A DNA stretch of 64,000 bases from NCBI GenBank assembly GCA_944391405.1, contig CALXTN010000006.1, forward strand, positions 13,885 to 77,884, in the 5' to 3' direction. Below are positions 18,633 to 27,335 of this stretch, piece by piece. Origin of the DNA: an uncultured Alphaproteobacteria bacterium (GTDB taxonomy: Bacteria; Pseudomonadota; Alphaproteobacteria; RF32; CAG-239). Made by a program: the position numbers and the translations under genes. Within the stretch, counting starts at the first letter, position 1. Each line of letters starts with the position of its first letter. Under the pieces are notes generated by a model. That model was not told the DNA's origin. It saw nothing but the letters and a program-made list of their open reading frames with translations, and ran no database searches.

Positions 18633-20423
18633 TTATAAAAGTCTGTCAAAAGCATATTGGAAATAAACAATTAAGAATTTCGTATATTCGGCAGCCATAA
18701 ATTTGAAACTACGCCAATTTTTCCACCAATGAGGCAAAACATTCGGCGTATCAACCGCCACAAAGTGCATAATAGCATCAGGCATTTCATGCTGAAGTTC
18801 CAAACGGCTGCGTGGAATATGATAAAAAGAAGTAACGACATAGAATTCCTTAATATTATATTTTTGGGTCCAAGCTTTTACCTCTTTAGCATTTCCAACC
18901 GTATCAGTCGCTTTATATCCCAAATCAATCGGTTGTGGATTTTTAAGCACAACATCTTTCCGAGAAGCAATCAGTTCTAATGTTGTACCAGGCTTAACAC
19001 CTGAAATAAGTAACCGTTCTCCAACACCTTCATTAAAGAGTTGAATAGCTTTTTCAATACGATTAATTCCGCCGGTTAAGACAGCAATACCAATAGTTGT
19101 CGTTTTTTCGGCATTATCTTTAAAATTACCGTCCATAACTTGTCGTGTCATATCAAGATAAGCATAACCGAAACGTCTGTCAGGCTCGAGCATAGCCCCT
19201 TCCGCCCACTCATTCCAAGCGTTAATAAAGACAATACGCTCATCGCCTTCCATTTTTTGCCGAGTATCATTAACGGCATAATTAAGCCAACGCCCATAAA
19301 CATCAGGTGTTGAATCATCAAAAATCAGGGCACCCGAATAAGCCTTACGTGGCGTATTATCCCAACGAGGAAAGACAGTTCGAAATGTTTTATAAGAATA
19401 ATCTTTAACCATTTTATCGGCATTGATAAACCCCGCCCAATCGTACAAACGAAAGTCTGTCGTTTCATCAATCTTTGTTACATTTTTTTGTTGTAATCCA
19501 TAAATATTGTTTAATTCAAATTCCATCACGGCATCTAATCCCCAATCTTGCGGATTGTCAAAAAAGCCAAAAGCCTTTGTAGCAATAAGATAAGGATTAC
19601 CCACGCCGCGCTCTTGCATAAATTGACGAAGATAGTTCGTAAATTCAACAAACAGAGTTTTATCAAACGCTGCCGGACGATAAATGATAAATAAAGGACG
19701 TCCGTTAATACGGATATAGCGTTTATCTTTAAAGAATGGCAATAAATCTTGTGCAAAAGGCTCAAAATCTTCACGAGAAAAAGTCTGTTCCATTAAGAGT
19801 TCTTGATTGCCGCCATCCCAACGTTTAGACCAATTTTCATTAGCCCAATTCAAACAAAACGGAAAATTGAGTTGCGGATTAGCCCAATAATTATAGATAG
19901 GCTTTTCCATCAATTTTTTACCGGAAAACCAATAGTAATAAAAAGCAAAACCACCCACACCGTAATTTTGAGCTAATTCAATTTGCCTTTTCATAACATC
20001 ATCGTGCGTGAGGTCATAAAAGCCAACATCAATAGGTAGTTGCGGTTGATAATGTCCAACAAAAAGCGGTTTAGCCGCAGTAACATTCGTCCACTCGGTA
20101 AAACCACGTCCGTGCCAGAGATTATTTTCTCTAAATTGATGATATTGCGGCAAATAGAGTGCAATTAAGCGCACATCAAAAGGCTTTTCGACATAAGATT
20201 GAAAAGGAACAAAATCTCGTTGATGTTTTTCTTTATCAAATAAAGAGCGTACATAATCTTCCGCCAAAGATCTTCTTTGTTCCAAATTCTGACCAGCAAT
20301 ATCCGTCTGTCCTTTTTTGACATAAGCAAAGACCGTGCGGTTAAATATAAAAAATCCGCCCCACCATATAAAAAATAAAATCACTGCGCAAAAAACGGCA
20401 AGTAACAAAAGCTTATGTCTCAT
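18633..20423 (-). CDS. fusion protein: WbsX-like glycosyltransferase / GH99-like domain plus a C-terminal DUF218 (YdcF/ElyC/SanA-like) domain
   Basis: YLPQYHQFRENNLWHGRGFTEWTNVTAAKPLFVGHYQPQLPIDVGFYDL...YYYWFSGKKLMEKP matches the WbsX family. IAVLTGGINRIEKAIQLFNEGVGERLLISGV...TDTVGNAKE...VVTSFYHIPRS matches DUF218. Confidence 0.75.
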   Translation of the reverse strand: MRHKLLLLAVFCAVILFFIWWGGFFIFNRTVFAYVKKGQTDIAGQNLEQRRSLAEDYVRSLFDKEKHQRDFVPFQSYVEKPFDVRLIALYLPQYHQFRENNLWHGRGFTEWTNVTAAKPLFVGHYQPQLPIDVGFYDLTHDDVMKRQIELAQNYGVGGFAFYYYWFSGKKLMEKPIYNYWANPQLNFPFCLNWANENWSKRWDGGNQELLMEQTFSREDFEPFAQDLLPFFKDKRYIRINGRPLFIIYRPAAFDKTLFVEFTNYLRQFMQERGVGNPYLIATKAFGFFDNPQDWGLDAVMEFELNNIYGLQQKNVTKIDETTDFRLYDWAGFINADKMVKDYSYKTFRTVFPRWDNTPRKAYSGALIFDDSTPDVYGRWLNYAVNDTRQKMEGDERIVFINAWNEWAEGAMLEPDRRFGYAYLDMTRQVMDGNFKDNAEKTTTIGIAVLTGGINRIEKAIQLFNEGVGERLLISGVKPGTTLELIASRKDVVLKNPQPIDLGYKATDTVGNAKEVKAWTQKYNIKEFYVVTSFYHIPRSRLELQHEMPDAIMHFVAVDTPNVLPHWWKNWRSFKFMAAEYTKFLIVYFQYAFDRLL

Positions 20424-20545
20424 AAATCCTCACTTTATGAGCAGTATACGCAGATACGCCGCATTTTCCCACACTTTTTTTCACTTTCTCCACAATTAGC
20501 TAAAAAGTTAATATGGCAATTGAAGACATACGAAATTAAATAAAT

Positions 20546-21583
20546 CTATACCATATGACGCAATGTTTTAACCACAGTTACATAAGCGGTAAAAGCCACC
20601 AAAGCGGCAGAAACAAACGGTAGAAGCAAAATCATAACCCATTCTTCCATACCAAAGGTAACTGAATTAAAAATACCTGCTTCAATACCTTGAGCCATAT
20701 GACCAATAACAAGAATTGCCGGTACGGAAAGTAAAGCGCCAATAATTCCGGCCAGCGCCGACATATGAGAAATTTGCTTCACATAGTTAAGAGCGATATA
20801 TTCATCTGTTGCCCCCATTGTATGTAAAATAGTAATAATGTCACGATGCACATTAAGACCGGTTTTAGCCGCATAAACAATAGAAGCGACACACCCTCCG
20901 GCCACCAAAATAAGAACCGTAACCGCAAGCATTTTCAAAGAGTTGATAAATTTAAGCAATCTGGAAAGCCACAGATTATGGTCGTTAATGGAGGCTTGAG
21001 CAGAAATTTCAGATAGACGCACCGTTAATTCTCGATAATCAAAATTGCGCCCGTTTCTTATTTTCACATCCAACAGCTTAGGTATCGGCAACATTTCGAT
21101 ATCAACATTAGCGCCTAACCATGGTTGCAACAAGGCTCGAAGTTCCGCATCACTTAATACCGTAACCTGCTCAATATCAGGATATTTCTCCAAAAAGTTA
21201 ACAATCTTAAGCAAGTCTTCACGGCTCTCTTGAGCATCAGGTAACGGCAAAACTTGCACGGTAAAGTTAGAAACCACTTGTTTCTTAGAGTTTTCAAACA
21301 TAGAATTGATACCGAGCACACCCGCAAGGGTAATAGCAAACAAAAAGACGGATACAGCCACCGTTACCCGCAAAAAAGTTTTAGAATACCCCTCATTAAT
21401 TGGCAATTCTTGATTTTTATCTGCCGGAGCTTTTTGCCGACGCAATTCACGAATACGTGCAGCCCGCTGTTTTGCAGTCGATTTAGAAACAGAATTTCCA
21501 ACTTTACGACTATTTCCTTTAGGAGCAACCTTTTCTTCAAGAGCCATCGCCTGCTTAATTTCATCCATTTCTGTTACCGCCAT
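20546..21583 (-). CDS. ftsX: cell-division ABC transporter permease-like protein FtsX
   Basis: Lies directly downstream of ftsE, with an N-terminal basic region, one TM, a periplasmic domain and a C-terminal 3-TM FtsX-type domain. Confidence 0.8.
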   Translation of the reverse strand: MAVTEMDEIKQAMALEEKVAPKGNSRKVGNSVSKSTAKQRAARIRELRRQKAPADKNQELPINEGYSKTFLRVTVAVSVFLFAITLAGVLGINSMFENSKKQVVSNFTVQVLPLPDAQESREDLLKIVNFLEKYPDIEQVTVLSDAELRALLQPWLGANVDIEMLPIPKLLDVKIRNGRNFDYRELTVRLSEISAQASINDHNLWLSRLLKFINSLKMLAVTVLILVAGGCVASIVYAAKTGLNVHRDIITILHTMGATDEYIALNYVKQISHMSALAGIIGALLSVPAILVIGHMAQGIEAGIFNSVTFGMEEWVMILLLPFVSAALVAFTAYVTVVKTLRHMV

Positions 21584-21624
21584 TTAAGCCTCATCTTCCA
21601 CATTAAGAAACCTATTTCAAAAAA

Positions 21625-22323
21625 CTATATTTCCACTGTATCTTTTAAATAAGACAAATTACCATCTGCCAAAACCAAGCGCGGATAATTATATCGTTGC
21701 ATCAATTCATTAGAGTGTGTAGCAATTACAACCGTTGTACCCAAACGATTAAGTTCGGCAAACAATTTCATCAATTTCAAAGCAATTTCACTATCAACAT
21801 TACCAGTCGGTTCGTCGGCAAGCAGAAGCTCTGGTCGGTTAATAACAGCGCGTGCAATAGCCACACGTTGCTTCTCACCGCCGGAGATTTCAGAACTTTT
21901 GACATACATATTGTGAGAAAGTTCAACCCATGCCAATAGTTCAATAACTCTCTGCCGAATTTCCTTTTCTTTCATTCCACGAATACGCAACGGCAAAGCC
22001 ACATTATCAAAAACGCTCAAATGCTCCAAAAGACGAAAATCTTGAAATACGACACCGATTCGACGTCTCAAAAAAGCCAACGTATCCCGATCCGTCATGG
22101 CCACATTATTTCCAAAAACTTTTAATATACCGGCGGTAGGTTTCTGAGCCAAATAGAGCATAGAAAGAAGCGAAGTTTTGCCGGCACCACTTTTACCGGT
22201 CAAAAAATGAATAGAACCCCGGCGAAAAGAAAAATTAATATTTTTAAGCACTTCCGGATTATCGCCGTAAGCCAAAGCTACATTTTTCATCTCCACAATC
22301 GGTTCAAATTGTCCCGTATCCAT
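21625..22323 (-). CDS. ftsE: cell-division ATP-binding protein FtsE
   Basis: Walker A GKSGAGKTS, signature SGGEKQRVAIARA, Walker B LLLADEPTG. Confidence 0.9.
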   Translation of the reverse strand: MDTGQFEPIVEMKNVALAYGDNPEVLKNINFSFRRGSIHFLTGKSGAGKTSLLSMLYLAQKPTAGILKVFGNNVAMTDRDTLAFLRRRIGVVFQDFRLLEHLSVFDNVALPLRIRGMKEKEIRQRVIELLAWVELSHNMYVKSSEISGGEKQRVAIARAVINRPELLLADEPTGNVDSEIALKLMKLFAELNRLGTTVVIATHSNELMQRYNYPRLVLADGNLSYLKDTVEI

Positions 22324-22369
22324 TTTAACTCCTTTTAATAATCACAACGGCTCCAAACCTTTTATCAAT

Positions 22370-22999
22370 CTACGATGCATTTTGAAATATAAGATGCATA
22401 AATCCCCAAAACAACACCATATTAAATAAAGCAACACCCCACTCCCACGTAAGTTTCAAGCGTGTTCTCTTTTTGAGATAATACATATAAGCAGCAAACA
22501 CAATACCCAATACAATCAATGTCCACAACAAAGAAGAAACCGAAAAGATTTCAACCATTTGTACCTTAGACATAATACCAATATCAGAAGCAACAATCTC
22601 ATTTGTACTAAAGAACCTTAAAATCCCAATAACAAACAAGCTAGACAACGTTATCAACCATGCCCACAACAATTTAGCTTTACGATACTTTTGCAAAAAA
22701 TAAGCCCCTACGCATAAAACCGCCACAAAAAAGAGTCTAAAACGCGCAAAACCCACCAGCAACAAAACATCCATAATCAAATAGATAACAAGCAGACTTG
22801 CGACATCACTCCAAGAAAATCTCAAAAAATCATCTAATCGTCGAACCAAGTTTACGACATTTTTCTTTCTTTTAGCACGTTTTTCTTGTGATAAAATACG
22901 ACGTTTGCGAACCATAGTGCGTCGTTTGCTTTCCTCTTTTTTCTTTTTCAGAATTCCCAAATCTTCAGCTTTGTTTGTATTTTTAGTCTGACGCACCAT
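22370..22999 (-). CDS. hypothetical membrane protein with basic N-terminus, upstream of ftsE
   Basis: ORF track; K/R-rich first 50 aa followed by 4-5 TM segments. Confidence 0.55.
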   Translation of the reverse strand: MVRQTKNTNKAEDLGILKKKKEESKRRTMVRKRRILSQEKRAKRKKNVVNLVRRLDDFLRFSWSDVASLLVIYLIMDVLLLVGFARFRLFFVAVLCVGAYFLQKYRKAKLLWAWLITLSSLFVIGILRFFSTNEIVASDIGIMSKVQMVEIFSVSSLLWTLIVLGIVFAAYMYYLKKRTRLKLTWEWGVALFNMVLFWGFMHLIFQNAS

Positions 23000-23141
23000 A
23001 TTACCTTATCCTTAGAACAGCCATTTCTAAAAAAAAGAGAAATACCAAAGAAATTAATATTTTTTAACTTATAGCTCTAAAAAAGATTTGATTAAATATT
23101 TTTTCTTTATATACTAACAAGAAATAAAAAAGGAAGGTCAG

Positions 23142-24134
23142 ATGTTAATAAGTTGTCCCAAATGTCATAGTATCTACGAAATACCGGATGATTTAATCGG
23201 TAAGACAGGTCAAAAATTCCGCTGTCAAGCTTGTTCAAACATATGGCACGCCATGCGTAGCGATGCTTTAGGATATGAAGAAGAAAAAGAAGAAGATACA
23301 CCATATATTGAGCCAATTGAAGTAATTAAACCACCGGCACGTCCATGGCCATCGGAAAAGAAAGAGTTTATTATTCCTGCAGACAGCAAATCCGGAAGAA
23401 AGACATTATCTTCTTCCGAATTGGTAAGGCAAGAAGGTAACCCAAATTTTATTGCTCCAATAATGACTAATACAGATACTCAAACAGGATCAAAAGAACC
23501 GATTCCGCCACATACACTATCATCGGCTGTTATTATGGATGCCGCCCAAAAACAAAACGAAATTACGTTAACTTCAGATTATGGAACATCATTTACCATC
23601 AGTACTGCACCGATGCCAGAAAGTAAATCTGAAGAAGTTCGAAAAGAACCACGCTTATTTATTGATAGTGAAAAAGAATTTAACTTAAAAGTAACACCGG
23701 AAGATCGTCTAGAACACAACAAACCATTTAAAGGATATAAAAAGACCTCTGCTTTTCTGGTAATGTTACTGTTGTGCTCGATCCTTCTGTTTTTAAGAAG
23801 AGAGGTTGTAACTATCATTCCACAAGCCGAAATTTATTATAACAAACTGGGATTAAGCGGATTATACAATGAAGAATACTTAAAGTTTACCAAAATCAGT
23901 GTTAACCGCATGATAGAAAATAAGAAACCGATACTAAAAATCACTGCAGAAATCAAAAATACTTCGCCCTATAGCACATATGTGCCGCAAATAACCGTTA
24001 ATGACATGAAAGAACGTTTTGCTCCGGCACAATCCAAATTAAAAGGCGGAGAAACAACCAAAGCGGTGTTCAGCATCCCTGCTCCGAACAATAACACTGC
24101 AGTAAGCTTGAACTTAAACTTTGCTAAACCATAA
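23142..24134 (+). CDS. MJ0042-type zinc-ribbon protein with single TM and DUF3426-like C-terminal domain
   Basis: MLISCPKCHSIYEIPDDLIGKTGQKFRCQACSNIW contains a CxxC...CxxC zinc ribbon. The gene is divergent from the ftsEX operon. Confidence 0.7.
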   Translation: MLISCPKCHSIYEIPDDLIGKTGQKFRCQACSNIWHAMRSDALGYEEEKEEDTPYIEPIEVIKPPARPWPSEKKEFIIPADSKSGRKTLSSSELVRQEGNPNFIAPIMTNTDTQTGSKEPIPPHTLSSAVIMDAAQKQNEITLTSDYGTSFTISTAPMPESKSEEVRKEPRLFIDSEKEFNLKVTPEDRLEHNKPFKGYKKTSAFLVMLLLCSILLFLRREVVTIIPQAEIYYNKLGLSGLYNEEYLKFTKISVNRMIENKKPILKITAEIKNTSPYSTYVPQITVNDMKERFAPAQSKLKGGETTKAVFSIPAPNNNTAVSLNLNFAKP

Positions 24135-24196
24135 ATGATTGAAAATAAGAGTTTTATTAAAAGTTTGAACAAATCTTAACCAAAAAGGAGAGAAAT

Positions 24197-24649
24197 ATGT
24201 TAAGAGAAGACTTGCAAAATGCCCTGAAAGAGGCAATGAAAAATCATGATATGACAACCGTTGCTGCTGTTCGTTTGATTATCGCCGGTCAAAAAGAAAA
24301 AGACGTTGCCGCTCGCGGTGCAGGTAAAGAATGTGCAACAGATGCCGAATTGTTATCAATGATGCAAGGCATGATTAAACAAAGAAATGAATCAATCAAA
24401 ATTTATAACGAAGGCGGTCGCCCAGAATTAGCTGAAAAAGAACAAGCAGAAATCAATGTGATTGAGCGTTTCTTGCCCAAACAATTGAGTGAAGAAGAAA
24501 CCAAAACCGCCATTGAATCAGCCATAGGCAAAACCGGAGCCACCGGAATTAAAGACATGGGCAAAGTTATGGCAGAATTAAAGAGTACTTATGCCGGTCA
24601 AATAGATATGGGCAAAGCTTCCGGTTTAATCAAATCTATGCTTGCATAA
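24197..24649 (+). CDS. GatB/YqeY domain-containing protein
   Basis: 150 aa; LKEAMKNHDMTTVAAVRLIIAGQKEKDV...INVIERFLPKQLSEEE is typical of YqeY. Confidence 0.85.
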   Translation: MLREDLQNALKEAMKNHDMTTVAAVRLIIAGQKEKDVAARGAGKECATDAELLSMMQGMIKQRNESIKIYNEGGRPELAEKEQAEINVIERFLPKQLSEEETKTAIESAIGKTGATGIKDMGKVMAELKSTYAGQIDMGKASGLIKSMLA

Positions 24650-24672
24650 CCTGATACGGAAATAAGAATAAC

Positions 24673-26748
24673 ATGAACGACGATTTGCAACGCTTTATAG
24701 AGGAATTACGAGCTCGTGTTTCGATAGTGGATGTAGTCGGCGCAAAAGTAAAATTGACCAAAAAAGGTCGAGAATATCAGGGATTGTGCCCTTTTCATAA
24801 TGAAAAGACACCCTCGTTTACCGTCAATGAAAGCAAAGGGTTTTATCATTGTTTTGGTTGCGGAGCGCATGGCGACATCATCAAGTTTGAAATGGAGGCC
24901 AACGGACTTCCGTTTATAGATGCGTTGCAAAAATTGTCACATCAAGCCGGTCTGCAAATGCCTCAGTTAACGGCAAAAGATAAAAAAGAGGAAGAAGAGC
25001 GCAAATCATTATACGATATAATGGAGTGTGCTTGTAGCTTTTTTGAAAAATCTTTAAGAATGCCCGAAGGCTCGGAAGGCTTAAAGTACTTTACTGAAAA
25101 GCGCGGCTTATCAAAAGATACAATCCAAAAATTCCGTTTAGGCTTCGCACCTAATAACAATGCTTTAATGGCACATCTCAAAGCGGAAGGCATTAATGAA
25201 AAAGAAATGAAAGAACTGGGGTTGATTGCTATTCCGGAAGACACATCTCGCCGCCCGCATGATTTTTTCCGTAATCGCGTCATGATACCAATAACCAATA
25301 AACAAGGTCGTATTATTGCATTTGGCGGTCGTGTAATGGAAAAGATTGAGCCTAAATACTTAAACTCCCCCGATACGCCGATTTTTAATAAACGCCGTAA
25401 TCTCTATAACTTAGATAAAGCCCGTGAAGTTGCTTATAAAGAAAAGAACCTGATTATCTGCGAAGGCTATATGGATGTCATCGCACTGGATAGATACGGA
25501 TTTGGCTATGCGGTAGCACCATTGGGAACAGCTCTGACGGAAGAACAGATTATGGAGGCGTGGAAAGTCTGTTCCGAACCGATATTGTGTCTGGATGGTG
25601 ATAACCCTGGGGTAAAAGCCGCCATGCGTGCCGTGGATAGAGTTTTACCGATATTAAAAGCCGGTTATTCATTAAAATTCCTATTCTTGCCGGACAATCA
25701 AGACCCAGATGAATATTTACAAGCACATGGTCGAGAAAGCTTCGGAGCGTTAATGAAAAAGACCAAACCTCTGATAGATATTTTGTGGCAAAAATATACC
25801 GAAAATGAAGATAGTTCCACACCGGAAAAGAAAGCCTTAATAGAAAAGACATTATTGGCGGAAGTCGCCAAAATTACAGATGCGACAGTCAGAAGTTACT
25901 ATGCGCAAGAAATTCGTAATCGCATTTATATGGCTTTCAAACAAACAGCATGGCAGAAAAGAGAATATAATGCGCCACACCCTCGTGCATATTTTTCTCA
26001 TCCACAACCTATGCCAGCAGCACCTGCTCCCTATAATCCGCCACTGCAAAACCAAGAGCCTCCAGCTTACTTGGAGAATATTCCGCTGGGCGAACCATTG
26101 CCGATACCACATCCTTATGAAGCACCGGCACCGCGCCCACATACCCCACAAACACCGACATATTCACGTCCAAACACTGGTTATAACAATAATCGCTACA
26201 ATAACAGTCGTCGCAATAATTATAATCCCCCTCGCCCGCAAATTAATCATGTCATCAGCAATGCGCCTGAAACGTTGCGCCAAAGTGCTGAGGGAGAAAA
26301 TGATAAGAACATCCGCTTCATGATTGCTGCCGAACTAATTTATCCGGAATTGATAGACGATTATGAGGAACAATTATTCAGTAGCGATATAAAAAATCCG
26401 AAACTAAAAGAATTGCTGACCACTATTGCTGATATTTATCACGAAACCGAAGAACCACTATCCTCGGAAGAACTACTTGAGAAATTATCCTCTACTCCGC
26501 AAAATCAGCAAATCAAAGAATTATGGGAATTGGATATGTTACAAAAACGTCCACCGTTTATCAATGACTTACGCCACAATATAGACAAAGTACTTTTAGA
26601 AGACAAATTGCGTAATTTGGAAGATGAAATCAAAAATCTGACCAACGAGATATGCCAAAACTTTACAGAAGAAGCCTACTCCCGCTTAAGTGGCTTAAAA
26701 AAAGAGCGAGATGAAATTTTATCCCATGCCGCTGAACCCGAGATATAA
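24673..26748 (+). CDS. dnaG: DNA primase, with an unusual Pro/Asn/Tyr-rich linker
   Basis: Zinc finger CPFHNEKTPSFTVNESKGFYHCFGCGAHGD and TOPRIM EGYMDV...DGDNPG. The low-complexity stretch is encoded at about 25960-26260. Confidence 0.95.
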   Translation: MNDDLQRFIEELRARVSIVDVVGAKVKLTKKGREYQGLCPFHNEKTPSFTVNESKGFYHCFGCGAHGDIIKFEMEANGLPFIDALQKLSHQAGLQMPQLTAKDKKEEEERKSLYDIMECACSFFEKSLRMPEGSEGLKYFTEKRGLSKDTIQKFRLGFAPNNNALMAHLKAEGINEKEMKELGLIAIPEDTSRRPHDFFRNRVMIPITNKQGRIIAFGGRVMEKIEPKYLNSPDTPIFNKRRNLYNLDKAREVAYKEKNLIICEGYMDVIALDRYGFGYAVAPLGTALTEEQIMEAWKVCSEPILCLDGDNPGVKAAMRAVDRVLPILKAGYSLKFLFLPDNQDPDEYLQAHGRESFGALMKKTKPLIDILWQKYTENEDSSTPEKKALIEKTLLAEVAKITDATVRSYYAQEIRNRIYMAFKQTAWQKREYNAPHPRAYFSHPQPMPAAPAPYNPPLQNQEPPAYLENIPLGEPLPIPHPYEAPAPRPHTPQTPTYSRPNTGYNNNRYNNSRRNNYNPPRPQINHVISNAPETLRQSAEGENDKNIRFMIAAELIYPELIDDYEEQLFSSDIKNPKLKELLTTIADIYHETEEPLSSEELLEKLSSTPQNQQIKELWELDMLQKRPPFINDLRHNIDKVLLEDKLRNLEDEIKNLTNEICQNFTEEAYSRLSGLKKERDEILSHAAEPEI

Positions 26749-26778
26749 AAAAAATATCAAATTCGATTATTTATTTTC

Positions 26779-26807
26779 TTGACAATATAAATATAAAGAG
26801 CTAATAG
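26779..26807 (+). promoter_or_regulatory. weak candidate sigma-70 promoter ahead of the hairpin array
   Basis: TTGACA-N17-TAATAG; the -10 element lacks the final T. Confidence 0.25.
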
Positions 26808-26850
26808 AAGAACCACTGATTCTATCATTTAGATATTATTTTTTTCTTCA

Positions 26851-27270
26851 TCTGTCGTTCATATACAGACAGACTTTCATTTCTCACATGTGAATGCCAG
26901 AAATGAAATAAACAAGACTTCAAGCAAGAATATATCTTGCAAGCCATGATTAAAAAGGATTGTTGGTTTGTGAAAATAGGCAATCCTAAATTATTAGGAA
27001 ATCTGTAAAACGGATATTTTTAAGAAATATCCCAACCTGTCTGCCCCTTTGTGAAAAGCGGCAGATTTTTCAAGAGAAAGCTAAAATAAAATAAATTAAA
27101 TTAAAATACATCCTTTGTTAGCTTTATGTCTTGAGCTAAAGTTGTATACTTAGATGTTTTTCTTCTTACACAGAAAACATCGAAGAACTGCTCCTTTGTG
27201 AAAAGTAGCAATTTCTTTCCAAATTTTTTAATAAAGCGTCTGGTTTGAGAAAATCGGACGCTTATTTTTT
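26851..27270 (+). ncRNA. candidate highly structured RNA (or dnaG 3' UTR) carrying 4-5 hairpins with a conserved UUUGUGAAAA-type loop
   Basis: Conserved-loop hairpins at 26876-26907, 26957-26986, 27040-27065, 27188-27211 and 27234-27263. Other hairpins at 26851-26873, 26924-26940, 27012-27032 and 27153-27181. T-runs follow hairpins only on the plus strand. No convincing ORF. Confidence 0.4.
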
Positions 27271-27335
27271 CTAAAAAAACTCTCAAAATTTAAAAATCTT
27301 CACAAATACTACAAGGCTAAAAAGCATAAACAACA

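Noticed and set aside
26851-27270. CRISPR array or other regular repeat array.
   Set aside because: The conserved units are only about 10-14 nt and irregularly spaced (about 83, 148 and 46 nt). Each is embedded in its own inverted repeat. No cas genes are present. No CRISPR-like array occurs elsewhere in the window.
27101-27286. 61-aa minus-strand ORF in the dnaG-downstream gap.
   Set aside because: It has no SD, runs antisense through three of the hairpins, and has K/F-rich composition typical of AT-rich non-coding DNA.
26947-27290. Possibility that the repeated TTTGTGAAAA motif encodes repeated small peptides (C-x-F-V-K-(I/S)-(G/S)...FF), such as a RiPP precursor array. Three of the four copies are in the same reading phase.
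   Set aside because: Only the first unit has a start codon, giving a 20-aa ORF at 26947-27008 with no SD. Units 2 and 3 are bounded by in-frame stops with no ATG, GTG or TTG. Unit 4 is in another phase. Pairing of the flanks with non-conserved stem sequence fits RNA structure better.
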